Both the position numbers and the translations under genes were made by a program. Shown here in pieces: positions 49,741-64,000 of a DNA stretch of 64,000 bases. Origin of the DNA: Macrostomum lignano (Eukaryota); the NCBI GenBank assembly GCA_002269645.1, contig NIVC01001438.1:62001-126000 (forward strand), in the 5' to 3' direction. The notes under the pieces are model-generated. The model saw only the letters and a program-made list of their open reading frames with translations. It was not told the DNA's origin and did not search any database. Each line of letters opens with the position of its first letter. Position 1 is the stretch's first letter.

Positions 49741-51056
49741 AGCAGATCAGTCAGAGAGAACAGACAAGGGGTAACGGAAGAGCAGCAGAGCAGAAGTGAG
49801 CAAGAAAATTACTAGAATTCGTCTCAGCTAAAAAGTGCCGTGATAGCTAACGAAATATCACGCGGCACACTGCGCACAGTATAGAGGAAGTCATGGCAGC
49901 TTCACTAGCTCGTATTCCACTTCGCTGTCTTGCTGTTTCCTTCGCCTCGGGAGGGGGGGGGGGCAGCCGACCCAGCAGTATGTCATCTAATTGGACTTGA
50001 ATGCGACTTAATTGGGGGTAGTTCCAGCAGCTCAGGGCTTTCTTCTTCTTAAACTCTTCTTTTAGTTTTATTGGTTGAGCTGGGTCCGGCAAAAATCTTG
50101 AGTTTCTGTTGCTGATTCCAAGGCCTTGTCACAGACTATTTTTGCTGAGTAAAATCTAGGCTGACACAATTCAATTGAAGTACAGTTAAGCCTTCAAATA
50201 AATTTGTTCTTTGGTACCCTGTGTACATGTAATGATACAAATCTGTGCTGAGTCGCGCTCAGGGATCAGGAACTGTCTTCCTATAACTCTCTACCCTAGC
50301 TAGCAGAAAGAATTCCTCAGAAATAGATGCTTTTATTCTCAATACAGCTTGCTGGCAGGGAGGCTTAGAAACGGCTCAAGTAAGAAGCTGAGCAGCCCTG
50401 TGATTCGGCATAATTCAGCTCTCAGATCATCCTGTCATGCTTTATTCAGAAGTTGCGGCATCATGATATTCGCATTCTGAAATGCCAAATAATACTGCAG
50501 CAGGGGCGCTCAGTGATTGCGTAATCATTGCTTCGCTCTGTGGGAAGCAAAAATGTCATGGATACGAGGAATAATGAGGATATTGAGTCCACTCTCTGAG
50601 TTCCACGGATTTATGAGCGATGCGGTGCTTCCGAAGCTCAAGCAGGTTTGATTAACAACTCAAATCGCTTGTTTGCCTGCCTGACTCTGGTAGCAGTTTT
50701 GAACTCATGTTTCAGAACCTTTCTGAATCAACCTTAGGTAAAACATCAACCTTCAAAAGAACCTTCATCAAAAGAAATAACTTCTTATCTCTGGGTCGGC
50801 TTTCGATAATTCAAGCAGTTAAATCTTGTAAAAAAACTGAAAATACTACTTCAAATAGCTCGATGCGGTTGGTGCTGGTATAAAATATCGGGCAGGAAAA
50901 TTCAGCCATAATTTACCATCTAATTCCATCGTTTCGTGACCTGATTCTGAATCGAATTAGATTGTGAGCCATTGGGCCGCTGACAGCTTCTCGTTGTAAC
51001 CGAGAGAGCTCGGTGTCTGCACTGAAAACTAAAAGATAGCATTTGGTGAATGGGAA

Positions 51057-51057
<1 letters not shown>

Positions 51058-51100
<43 letters not shown>

Positions 51101-51121
51101 GTGTCTGTCTGTCTGTCTGTG

Positions 51122-51160
<39 letters not shown>

Positions 51161-51161
51161 G

Positions 51162-51208
<47 letters not shown>

Positions 51209-51209
51209 G

Positions 51210-51261
<52 letters not shown>
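51058..51261. repeat. (GTCT)n microsatellite, left flank of the TIR element
   Basis: Tandem array abutting ACTACG. Confidence 0.98.
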
Positions 51262-51875
51262 ACTACGTAATGTGCAGAAACTGCCGGGTTTTCAGAATTT
51301 TGACGCAAAAAAATCGCAAATTATACTACTATCTAAAAAATGAAGTAAGTAGTATATGAAAACGCTATCCTAAGCGTGATATGCGTATATGTATTCGTAT
51401 ATGTACATTAATCCTTGTACTCATAAATGTACATTAATTCCATGTACATTCATACCTATCTATCCCAAATTGTCCATGTCTATCCCAATTCTATATGTAC
51501 ACAGTACATACTTCTACATTAATCTACATGTACAGTGTTATACATTAATCCCCAGACGGCCCACGCGTATGAATCACCAAGATTACATGTACAACTCGAA
51601 ACCCTACTACATGTACAGTTGTACAATCTCATCCAAATGAGTCAACATTCAAGTTTTACAAACCACGTTATATACATATTCCTATTTATATGTCAATTAT
51701 TCAAAACCTACATGTAGCTGATTACACTATATACTACCTTTAGTAGAGTTACAAATCAAGATTCTAATGAAAAAGACTGTATTCATATAGTTTTCACATT
51801 TGAAAAGTGTATATTTTCATTTCAATAGTTGAAACAGAGAGCAAAAACAGCAAGGAGACAACAGCAAGTTGAGAC

Positions 51876-52340
51876 TTAATTATAGCCTGTACTACCAAAC
51901 CCCCCTGCACCGCGAATTGAGTGGCTGCTACTGGAAGCATCCTCCTCATCGCCATTCCCTCTATAGAGATCCCTTACAACTACGGGAGCAATCATTACAC
52001 GCTCCAAAACTAATTGAGCGATACGGTAGCCCCGAGTTATGAACCAGTCCGCATTGCCATGATTAAATATCACCACAGTCAATTCTCCAGTATGGTCAGG
52101 GTCAATCACGCCGGCGCCCACTTGTATAGACTTGCGCAACGCCAGCCCAGACCGGCCGGCAATCCGAGCGTAGGTCCCATCAGGCGGTTGGATTGAAATT
52201 CCGAGAGGAACTTGCGCAACTGACCCGGCCTGGACAACAGCATCTTCAGAGGCAAAGAGATCATAGCCAACAGAGCCGATCGTCTGGCGAGCCGGCGGGC
52301 GAGCACCTTCAGTCAGCAGCGACACCTTTAAAGCAGCCAT
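51876..52340 (-). CDS. dut: Trimeric dUTPase, intronless, 154 aa
   Basis: All five motifs present: GYDL, GRSGLA, GVIDPDHTGE, IAQL, RGAGGFGSTG. Confidence 0.95.
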   Translation of the reverse strand: MAALKVSLLTEGARPPARQTIGSVGYDLFASEDAVVQAGSVAQVPLGISIQPPDGTYARIAGRSGLALRKSIQVGAGVIDPDHTGELTVVIFNHGNADWFITRGYRIAQLVLERVMIAPVVVRDLYRGNGDEEDASSSSHSIRGAGGFGSTGYN

Positions 52341-52406
52341 GATGACGTAGCTGGAATTGGTAAGTTTTTGGGGTTATATTCAGTCGCAGTGTTTACACAC
52401 GGAATG

Positions 52407-52414
52407 TTTTATAG
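52407..52414 (-). promoter_or_regulatory. TATA box upstream of dUTPase
   Basis: CTATAAAA on the minus strand about 70 nt before the ATG. Confidence 0.55.
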
Positions 52415-52839
52415 TTTTTTTCATTCATTCTAAATATCATTACTCGAAAAAATGGTAAAATCTCAGCACAATATTCAAATTTTACAAAACAATTTATTTT
52501 AAACTAATGCGCGAGGTGCATACACAACATTAATGATATAGCAAGTTGAGATATAATACGAGGTGCATGAAATTTAGACTGAGTGCAGACACAACACTTG
52601 ATGAAAACAAGATATGTACAAGGTGCATGAAAATAAAAATGCGTGCAGACACAACATTAAACTGTCAATATTAACAAAACCCCGAGTCTGTCCATGTCTT
52701 CGGCTATCTCATCATGGAGCTCAGCCTCATATTCGGCCCTCTCCATTTTCGCGGTGTAATAAGCCCGCTCCTCAGAGGGGCTGCCAAAACAATAGTCCGC
52801 TAGCTAGAAAAGGGAATGGGTGGAAAAGTTTTCCGCTAT

Positions 52840-53100
52840 AATGCATTGAAATTTTGAATCTGCAGTTCAGTTAGTTTTTAGCTGCAAAATGAAAAGTTTC
52901 GGGTAAAATGCATTGAAATTTTGATTCTGCAGTTAGTTTTTAGCTGCAAAATGAAAAGTTTCGGGTAAAATGCATTGAAATTTTGATTCTGCAGTTAGTT
53001 TTTAGCTGCAAAATGAAAAGTTTCGGGTAAAATGCATTGAAATTTTGAATCTGCAGTTAGTTTTTAGCTGCAAAATGAAAAGTTTCGGGTAAAATGCATT
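52840..53100. repeat. 62-bp tandem repeat, about 4 copies, between the two cargo ORFs
   Basis: Unit aatgcattgaaattttgattctgcagttagtttttagctgcaaaatgaaaagtttcgggtaa; period 52891/52953/53015. Confidence 0.95.
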
Positions 53101-53794
53101 CATGGTAAAATCTGCAATTATTTACCATGTCCGAGTCAGTCCAAAACTCTTGGTAGGCGGCCTCTTCATCGTCGTCAATAGCAGCAGCAGCAACCTTTCC
53201 ACTAGCAGCGTCACTACTGTGCTGCAGCCCCATCCGAGGGGCTAAATTGATGCCCAATCGGCTGCTCTTCTTCTTCTTCTGCTTCAGACCGCTGCGGTTT
53301 CCCAACTCAACAGCTGCAACAACAGCAGTTGCGGCGGTGGCGGCTTCTTCGGCTGCGGCAGTGGCAACACCCCATTCTTCATTGTTGGCGCCTATTAATT
53401 CACAACCGTTGCCGGGCTGGCAACACTCGTTGCCGCAATAAAAGCCACCGCACCAACCTACGAATTCGTCGCCATTGGAGCTGCTGATGCTGCGGCTGCT
53501 GCTGCGGTTTGAGCCCTCGCACTCGTCGTCGTCGTCGTTGTCGTCATCCGAAACTTCCTCAACGACTCGAAAACCGAGTTGTTGTGTAGTGCGAGGCTGC
53601 ACTCGGCCTACTCGGCCGCCCCCAATCCCGTACCACAGGATTGAGGGTGATCGGCCCACACGACGTAGCGCTGCTGCCGCCGCTGTCACAGAGGGTGGCG
53701 GTGATAGAACCTCCTCTGTAATAAACACTAGCCGCTGGCGCCGCTGATCTACGCCGCCGCTGCTGATGCTGCCGCTCATGCTGCTGCTGTTCAT
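53057..53794 (-). CDS. Orphan ORF, 245 aa, acidic/low-complexity with a small Cys cluster
   Basis: ATG preceded by a TATA box, no recognisable domain; GWCGGFYCGNECCQPGNGC, DDDNDDDD and KQKKKK tracts; the last ~15 codons run into the 62-bp repeats. Confidence 0.5.
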   Translation of the reverse strand: MNSSSMSGSISSGGVDQRRQRLVFITEEVLSPPPSVTAAAAALRRVGRSPSILWYGIGGGRVGRVQPRTTQQLGFRVVEEVSDDDNDDDDECEGSNRSSSRSISSSNGDEFVGWCGGFYCGNECCQPGNGCELIGANNEEWGVATAAAEEAATAATAVVAAVELGNRSGLKQKKKKSSRLGINLAPRMGLQHSSDAASGKVAAAAIDDDEEAAYQEFWTDSDMVNNCRFYHECILPETFHFAAKN

Positions 53795-53856
53795 TGTGAT
53801 AAGTATGTTGATCGCGAATTTCGATTTGAAAAGATTTTCCGCGCGCTGGGTCTCTC

Positions 53857-53864
53857 TTTTATAG
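53857..53864 (-). promoter_or_regulatory. TATA box upstream of the orphan ORF
   Basis: CTATAAAA on the minus strand about 65 nt before the ATG. Confidence 0.55.
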
Positions 53865-54425
53865 TGATTTTGAGCGGCCTCCTATTGGCTCCCCCGGCCT
53901 CACAGCCCCCCGCAAGCAAGCCAGTCTGCTGTCCGTGCCCAAACCCCAACCCACCAATACGAATGGGGCCAGAGGACCCATCCAACAGAATCGAGTCAAT
54001 CTTTTACCAAATCGAGCCCTTGTCTCTCCCAGGCCTCTCTCTCCTACACATACCCCAGAAAAGTGACTCATGAGGCGGCAATCAGTTTGACAGGTTCAGT
54101 ATACTGACTTGGCAAAACAGCCAGCACCCAATGGTCAATGGACTCGTCTTCGCAGCACAGGCCTATTTTGAATAAAGCCAAAACACCCCCCCTTTTCTCT
54201 GACCAAACCTTTCCATTCTAGCCGTCAACGAAATTCGACCGGCCTTCTTTCTCAATCCAATGTACATTTTGACGAAGCAAGCAGATTTTTTCACAGCACG
54301 GACCCATATACTGAGCCTCCTCCTCCAACCAAAACCCTATCTCTGATTACGTCGTCTATACATCCCCATAGAAGCAGTTAGCAAGAAAAAAATTTCGATG
54401 CACATATATGAACAATGCGAACCAA

Positions 54426-55485
<1,060 letters not shown>

Positions 55486-55991
55486 TCAAATCTGTCTCTG
55501 AGAATGTACATTGGAAATATACATTACGATGTGAGCTATACAATTAGTTGACTCATTTGGTAGTAGATGGGATTGTACAGCGTATAACTGTACATGTAGT
55601 AGGGTTTCGAGTTGTACATGTAATCTTGGTGATTCATACGCGCCAATTTTTGGTATATGGACAGTTAATATGGACAGTTAATTCTGCGTACACCAATGCT
55701 GCATTGTGCGGGGCTGGGGGCGCGCTCGCTTCTGCGTACACAACGGCTACGGTGAAGCGCTAATTATGCGTACTATATTGTACTGGTCGTCGCTTCTGTA
55801 CGACAGTGTACACTGATTACATGTATAATTAGATTTACATGAGATTTACATGCATAAATGTCTCACATAATGACTTACAGGGTCTGGACCAATTAGAAGA
55901 GGTCTAAGGTATTTAGATAGGGGTTGAATTTGCATTGGCTCTGACACCCACCTCACCTCCAAAATCAACCACAATCTGCACATTACGTAGT

Positions 55992-56948
<957 letters not shown>

Positions 56949-57751
56949 TTTAGTGTCTATGTGTCTTAGACAGACAGACAGACAGGCACTAAGACACATA
57001 CACTAAGACAGACAGACAGACACTAAGACAGACAAACAGACACTAATTAAGACAGACAGACAGACAGACACTGTCACTCTATCACAGACACAGACACAGA
57101 CACAGTCTGTCTTTCTGTCTCTCTTAGATATATTTGAGTACCACTAAGACAGACGTTAGAGTGTGAAATGGCGGTGCACCTACTCAGAATGAGTGTTGGC
57201 AGCTTCTGAGGTGTGCAGTGATGGCCCGAAATATATATATATATATATCTTTTTTAAGAAAATGGCATAAATCGTGTGTGCATGTAGCTGAATCCGATGG
57301 TACTGCTCAGAACGGAATTAATTGCTCGGCCGATGCTTTAAGTTGAACTTATTTCTGTCGCGACAAAAACTATTATATTGGGTGAAAAATTAATGGGCTC
57401 TGTAGTACCACTACAGAGAAAAAATACTGGACTCTGTAGTTGGACTATCTTAATGTTTAAATTAATCAAAAAAATTAATTTAATTTAATTAATTTAATTA
57501 AATATTTAATAATATTTCTTTTCGATAAAGCGCGGTTAGTCGCTATACTGTGTCCGGCTCCAGTGTGGGCTTTATTTCAAATATCGCGAAGATATTTTAA
57601 GCATATGATTTTCAGAAGCTTTTTATACAAGAAATAGCTAAATTTTTTACATGCATATATTAAACTAAATACTTTCACGTTCTGCTTTGATGTTGTAAAT
57701 TTTATTTGTTTTAGCTGCTGTGTATGGTAACTTCCATATAAATTGTTTTAT

Positions 57752-58062
57752 TGTAGCAAGAACGGAGGCAGGACACAAAATTGCCTTTACCGCCCAATCA
57801 CAAGCTTGCACAGCTGCCTGCTTACTAGGCACACTCTAAAGCATGGCCAGTAACAGTTCGAGCTATGATTCAGCATTTATTGGACTCACCATCGAGCTAA
57901 GGCGATGAAATTCAGCTGATATAAAGTTACGAATATAAAGTATTGAACGAAACGAAAATATACAGTACGAGTATTATTACATTGCGATGCGATTACTTTG
58001 CTTTACTTAACACACGCCTCGAGTTGGCACCAATTTAAATTACGAAATTAAGGTGTACTACA
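57752..58062 (-). mobile_element. Probable 3' LTR of the Ty3/Gypsy element
   Basis: PPT gaggggggtag then TGTAGT at 58062; AATAAA at about 57877-57882 (minus); candidate end GCTACA at 57752 (end less certain). Confidence 0.65.
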
Positions 58063-58730
58063 CTACCCCCCTCGCGAAAAAAAACAATGTCCCCATTGCG
58101 CTGAAAATTGACAGTTCGAACAAAATCTACTTTATGAAAATATTTCTTTGACACAATACAAGTTGCGTTCAATGCACGCTCACAAGACGGACACTAAAGG
58201 ATCGAATCGCGTATGAGCAAAAGTTAAAAGCCAACTTCAAAAATAGCGGCAAAATTCTTCAACCACAGCAATTTAGGACTTCACCAATGCAGTTTGAACC
58301 TAACGCGGAACGAAAATGCTCGAGTCTAATTCAATAGAATATCGGATGATGATCAACGCACATACCCTAACGGATGCTAAAAATCGAACAATTATGTCAA
58401 TGCGGAATAAAAATGCAATATTCACTTCAACGCGAAAATTTACCAATTTTTTTGAATTTAGAAAATATTGTTGAAATCGAAAATAAATATTTTGATAGCA
58501 AAATGCGATTTAATATATAAGGGAATATATAAAGCACCGGCCTGGAACTCGGAAACCACAACTGATTAAAACTCGAAAAGACAGCGGATTTGAATCTTAA
58601 AAACGAATTAAACGCAAAAAATACTCAGCCAAGTGACACGCAAAGGCAGCTCTGCTGGAACAGCGCACAAATGCACAACTTAAGCACAAACTGCGCAGGT
58701 CGCAGAAATCGGCAAAAAAGATTGTCAGAC

Positions 58731-61700
58731 TCACACTAGGACCCAGCCATCGTCAAAAACTTCGCTGCTGCAGTCGCTGGTCGCCTCACTCCGCGCCGGG
58801 TCGGGAGCGCGGGGCTGGTGCGCACGTTTCAGCTTGTTTGCGTGGACCACCCGACCGGTGTCGCCGTCCTTGTAATCGATAGGACGAACCAGGTAGTTCA
58901 CCGGCGACGTTCGCTGCAGCACCCGGAACGGGCCGGTCCAGGGCGCCTGGTGTTTCGGAGCCAGTCCAGTCGTCCTTGAAAGCGCCGACGGCGGAACGAA
59001 AGCCCATACGAGGTCGCCGACCCGGAATCTGCACCGCTTGGCCTTCCGGTCGTAGTACCGCCGCTGGCGTCGTTGTGCCGTCGCCATCGATCGCCGCACG
59101 GAGTCGTAGGCGCGAAGCAGCTGGTCGCGGTTGTTGGCGGCGAACTGGCCGACTGTCATTGGCGGCTCCGGTGGCCGGTAGACGACGTCAACTGGAAGCG
59201 TCATTTCCCGGCCAGTCAGCAGGCAGTGAGGAGTAAACCCGGTTGTAGCATTGACGCTGCTGCGGTAGGCCAGGAGACAATGCGGCAGCACTTCTTCCCA
59301 GTCCTCCGGCTGAACTGACTGCAGGTGGCAGCGGAGCATCTGGTGCAGAGTGCGGTGGAACCTTTCTACTAGGCCGTCGCACTGCGGATGGTAGCCGGAT
59401 GTCCGCGTCTTCTGAATCTCCAGCAGCCGGCACAGGCTCCTGATGACCTTTCCGTCCACGGCCTTGCCACGGTCGGAGTGCAGAATGTGCGGGGCTCCGA
59501 AACGCGTCACCCAGTTGTCGAACAGTGCCTTGGCGATGGTGGCCGCTTTCTCGTCGGGGAGTGGCACCAGCTCGACCCACTTGGTGAAGTAGTCGACAAT
59601 GGTGAGCAGCCGATCGTTTCCCCGCCGTGACAGTCCAACTTTGACCACGTCGATGCCCACGCGCTGCATAGGAAATCCACTGGCCATAGTCTGCAGTGGA
59701 GCTCGGCGCTGACTCGGTGTCTTAGCGCGCTGGCACACTTGGCAGGACTTGACCGCTAGGCGAACGCTCTCCGCCATTTTCGGCCAGTGGCAACGCTGCT
59801 TGAGGGCTGCCAAGGTCTTGTCCTCGCCCAGATGCCCAAGCTCATGGACCTCCTCGATGAACTCCTCCTGTCTGCAGTGCGGAATCACAGGCACAGGCTT
59901 GGACTTCACCAGCTTGTTCAGGGCGCCGTCGACGAAACACAGGTCGCCGATCTTCTGTGCCAGAGTTAGGCTCTCAGGCGACAGTCGGTCACGTCTGCTG
60001 GCGCTGAACCTTGTCTTGCCGTTGGACAGCAGGCGAAACACCGGGCCGATGTCTGGATCACGGAGCTGCAGTTCACGCAGTGACTGAGACGCATCTGACA
60101 GCGCCTCGCCTTCCTGAATGGCCTCGTCGCTGATTTCGTCTTCGCTGGAGTCCTCGCTCTCGCTTGGCCGCGGTTGAAGCTGCTGCTTCCGCCTTGAGGT
60201 GCCCTGACGTTCCGGCTCGGCGTTGGTCTGGGCAGCCGCAGAGGTAGCCGTCGCTGATGTCGCTGCGTTGGTTTGCACGGAGTTGACTCTGACTGTGTCG
60301 ACCCGGCCAGCAGGCTCCGCGATTGGCACTGGCGCCTCGACCGTCGGCTCCGTCTGGCAGGCGGCTGTTGAAGTCTCGGCTGGCGCCACCGCTGTCGTCC
60401 CTGGCCGACAGACTCGACACTGGCTGGTGCACTTTTGCTCTCGCCGAGAGAGGGCGTCTGCGTTGCCGTGTTGGCGGCCTCGGCGAAAGACGACCTTGAA
60501 GTTGAACTCATCGAGCAGCTGCAGCCATCTGGCCAGCTGGCCTTCGGGCTCTTTGAATGCCAGCAGATAGGTGAGCGCCTGGTGATCCACTCGAACGGTG
60601 AAGGCGCGCGGCAGCAGGTAGCTCCGGAACTTCTTAACAAACTCGACAACAGCCAGGAGCTCGCGCCGCGTCACGCAGTAGTTGCGCTCAGCTCTTGACA
60701 GGGCGCGGCTGGCGTAGGCGATAACCCGCTCTTCGCTCGCCTGCACTTGCGACAGCACCGCGCCGATTGCGCAGTCACTTGCGTCGGTGTCGAGGATGAA
60801 TTCGGAGCCCGACTCGCTCATGTCCGGGAACGCCAGGATCGGAGCTGACAGCAGCGCTTGCTTCAGCTGGTTGAAGGCCGCCTCAGCTTCTGGCGTCCAC
60901 TCGAAGGGCGTAGGCAGTGTAAGGCGGCGCAGAGGCTCGGCGATATTGGCGTATTCGCGCACAAATCTTCGGTAGTAGGAGGTCATGCCGAGGAAGCTCT
61001 TGACGTCCTTCGAGCTCCGGGGCACCGGCCAGTCTCGCACAGCCGCGGTTTTGCCCTCATCGACGGTGATGCCGGTCTTGCTGACGCGGTGGCCCAGGAC
61101 TAACATGCTGGTATTTGCAAATCGGCACTTTGACGGCTTGAGGCGCAGGTTAAACTCGCGCAGTCGCTCCAGAACTGAACGCAGCCGATCGTTGTGCTGG
61201 CCGATGGTCTGGCCCATCACGATGACGTCGTCAATGAACACCAGACAGGCCTGCCACGTCAGTCCCCGGAGCACCAGCTGCATGAGCCGCTGAAAGGTGG
61301 CTGGTGCGTTCCGTAGTCCGAACGGCATCACGTTGAATTCAAACAGGCCTTCATGGCACACGAATGCCGTCGTCTCCTTGTCTCGGTCATTCATCTCGAC
61401 TTGCCAGTAGCCACTTTCGAGATCCAGCGCTGAGAAGTAGCTGTTTCCTTCGAGGGCATCCAGAGTGTCATCGATGCGGATCGGGTAAGGCATCGGAGGG
61501 CATCCAGAGTGTCATCGATGCATCGGGAAGGCGGGCTTGGTCACCGCGTTCAGCAGGCGGTAGTCCAAGCAAAATCTGGCCGACCCGTCCTTCTTGCGAA
61601 CCAGAACTATCGGAGATGCCCAAGGTGATGACGATGGTCGGACGACTCCCTTTGCCAGCATCTCGTTGACCAGCTCCTTCTGCTGTGCGATCGCTGTGGG

Positions 61701-63986
61701 AGCCAGGCGCCGCAGTCCTTGGCGAATTGGCCTGGCGTTGCCTGTGTCGATCTCGTGCTTTAACAATTGGGTGCGGCCTGGGTTGCTGGGGCTCGCGAAT
61801 ACGTCACTGAACTCCAGCAGAAGGCGTTCGACTTGCTGCCGCTCCTCGGTTGGGATGTCATCGGCGATTTGCACCTCGTCCTGCCAGGTCGTTGCAGTAG
61901 TCGGATCTGCCTCGCTGGCATCACCAGATCCTCCGGCTTGCAGGTGCGCCAGGGCTCGGCCAGACAGCGGGTTGAAGTTGCCGACGATGTCGCCCTCCTT
62001 GATCTCGACTGTCTCATCTCTGGTGTTGATGACAGCAACCCCCATTCCGTGGTCAACCAGCTTGGACACGCTGCGGCCGATCATCACTTTGGCCGCCTTG
62101 CTGCCGCAGACAACGCCTGGTGCCTCCGAGTTCGTCCACGCTGCCGCGCTCGCTGGCCGCACCGGAATGATCCAGCCATCGCCTGGCTGCAGTCGAACCG
62201 TGGCCGCCGCTGCCAGCTTGCAAGTCTGGGCCGCCTGCCTGGATGTCCGCATTGGCAAGGTGACGCCGAGGCCGTTAAACTCGAGAATGCCTGATCTCAG
62301 GTGGATCGAAATGTCAAATTTGTTTAGGAAGTCGCAGCCCAGAATTACCGGTGCGCTGAGGCAGGTCACTGCCAGGAATCTGTGTCGAAAATGAAGCGGA
62401 CCAAGAAAAAAACTTATCTCAATTTCGCCCAGCACTGTTGCTTGATTGCCGCCCACGCCATAGATGGTTGTTGAGCTGGGTCTCAGCTGCCGCCTGAGCC
62501 TGGCCGAGTGCACGATGTCGCCGTTGATGCAGGAGATCTCGGCACCGGTGTCGATCATGCACGGCTGGCGTTTTCTGAGCATGCGCGAGGTGATGAAGCG
62601 CACTTGGTCGGGCTGGCAGCTGGGGCGTGGGGGCTGGGCCGAACTGTTTAGTGCTGAGAGGGCCGGTGCTGGCCCATTGAACCAGCCCCCCCCCCCAGCG
62701 TTTGGGCACCTCCGGCGGATGTGGCCAGGCTGATGGCAGCCGTAGCAGATGGGCACCGCCCTAGGCTGCTGCTGTTGATGTGCAGCGGCGTCAGCTGATC
62801 TCCATGGTGGCGCTGGGGCTGTCTGCGCTCGATGAGCCGCTGGCTGGTGATGTTGTGTCGTCTGTGGCCCATGCTGCGGTCGGGTTCCTGTCGGTGTTGA
62901 CTGAACCCGTGCCGCTGGAGCTGACGCCTCGGCGCTGTGGTGCTGCGACTGGGAATTCATTATCTGCCGGGTCTCGCGCACTTGCTGGGCATAGTGCAGG
63001 GCCTGATCCGGTGTAGTCAGAGGCAGCTGCATATTAAGCAGCCGCTCCGTCACGTAGTTGTCGTTTAGCCCTTGAATGAACCGCTCAAGCACAGTCTGCT
63101 GGCGACAGTCTTGAGCACCGAGCTCTGGGTAGGCCTTGAACGCGAGTCGCTGGAGGGCAGTCAGAAAATCCTCGAACCTCTCGTCCCTGCCCCGGCACCG
63201 ACTGTGAAGCTCGCGCCGAAGTAGCGCAGTGCTGGTGGCACCGCCATGACGAGCGCGAAGGTGCTGCAGGAGATCTTCATAGCGGGCACCTGGCAGGAAC
63301 TGCAGTGAAGTCCCAACGGGCTGTCCATGCTGCGCGCACAGTTGGTAGAGCCAGACCTCGTAGGTAGCGAATGCTGGTCCCAGGTAACTGCTGAGCGTGT
63401 TGATCTTGCTGTAGTCACTCAGTCCTTGGTGCCGGCTTAAATACGAAGACACTCGACCCAGAAAGTCATCGAACGGTTCGGATCCGTTGAAGGGCGCCGG
63501 CTTCGGCACCGACGGAAGCTGGATTGCTTGTTGATATACCGGTGCGCACAGGTTGTGGTCGCCAGCGCCAGGGTGAGATCCGCCTTGGAGCAACGGAGCC
63601 CATGGTTCGGCCATACGGTGCACAGAGGGTCTTGGTGGATGTGTCACTGCAGCTGCCGCAGCTGCCGCGGAAGGCCTGGTGTCCAGCAGGAATGAGTCTC
63701 CCGTCGCCATGTAGTTCGTTGACGGTTGGCCGGGCCCGGGGGGCACTGGCACTTGAGACTGACAGCAGCGTGCTTCATCGACAGAGATTTGCACAGGATC
63801 GAGGTCATGAAGCTCTTGATAGCGCCGCCAGTTCGCCTCCCGTTCGGATTCTGGCTCACTGGTTGACGAAGAGGTGTAAGCCGTAGCCGCAGCGGTCGGA
63901 CGTAAAATATCGCGATTTCTCAGTCTTAGCCGTTGAGGCTCTTCTGCCTCACGTTCTGACCACATGATGATCGATGACAGGTGCAA
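58731..63986 (-). mobile_element. Ty3/Gypsy gag-pol (gag, CCHC knuckle, protease, RT, RNase H, integrase, GPF)
   Basis: CYGCHQPGHIRRRC, MIDTGA, PWASPIVLV.KKDG..RFC.DYR.LN, FIDD, TDASD, HELGH..CQVC, DD35E, WTGPF; ORFs 61512-63986 and 58731-61493 are broken only by a local duplication; 5' LTR is outside the window. Confidence 0.97.
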
Positions 63987-64000
63987 CCTTCGGTCTTTTA

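Noticed and set aside
45992-49815. Arg/Glu- and Gly/Ser-rich ORFs
   Set aside because: Products of CT and GGGAGC satellites and the N gap.
59073-63886. Numerous plus-strand and alternate-frame ORFs over the retroelement pol genes
   Set aside because: GC-rich shadow ORFs with no independent motifs; the same applies to 78-4060 and 18448-20251.

Overview
This is repeat-rich animal genomic DNA with short GT-AG introns. Its style recalls the flatworm Macrostomum, but that is unverified. No rRNA, tRNA or CRISPR was seen. Three host genes were reconstructed by hand: (1) a complete 13-exon MUC4-like transmembrane mucin (minus, 5928-15863; signal peptide, PTS repeats, EGF, NIDO, AMOP, vWD with GDPH, EGF, TM; about 2339 aa); (2) the 3' part of a PRRC2/BAT2-like gene (plus, 29912-35382); (3) the 3' part of a KASH-domain (nesprin/klarsicht-like) gene (minus, 36711-40289). 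Mobile DNA includes a BEL/Pao pol, two Ty3/Gypsy elements (one internally deleted but with both termini and a TSD), LINE fragments, MULE, hAT-like and piggyBac remnants, a decayed tyrosine-recombinase-like gene, many mini/microsatellites, and one N gap. The most novel item is a transposase-less element of about 4.7 kb (51262-55991). It has perfect 17-bp terminal inverted repeats plus subterminal inverted repeats, sits inside a (GTCT)n microsatellite, and carries an intronless dUTPase and an orphan ORF, each behind a TATA box. Several frameshifts are single-base losses in homopolymers and may be assembly errors.
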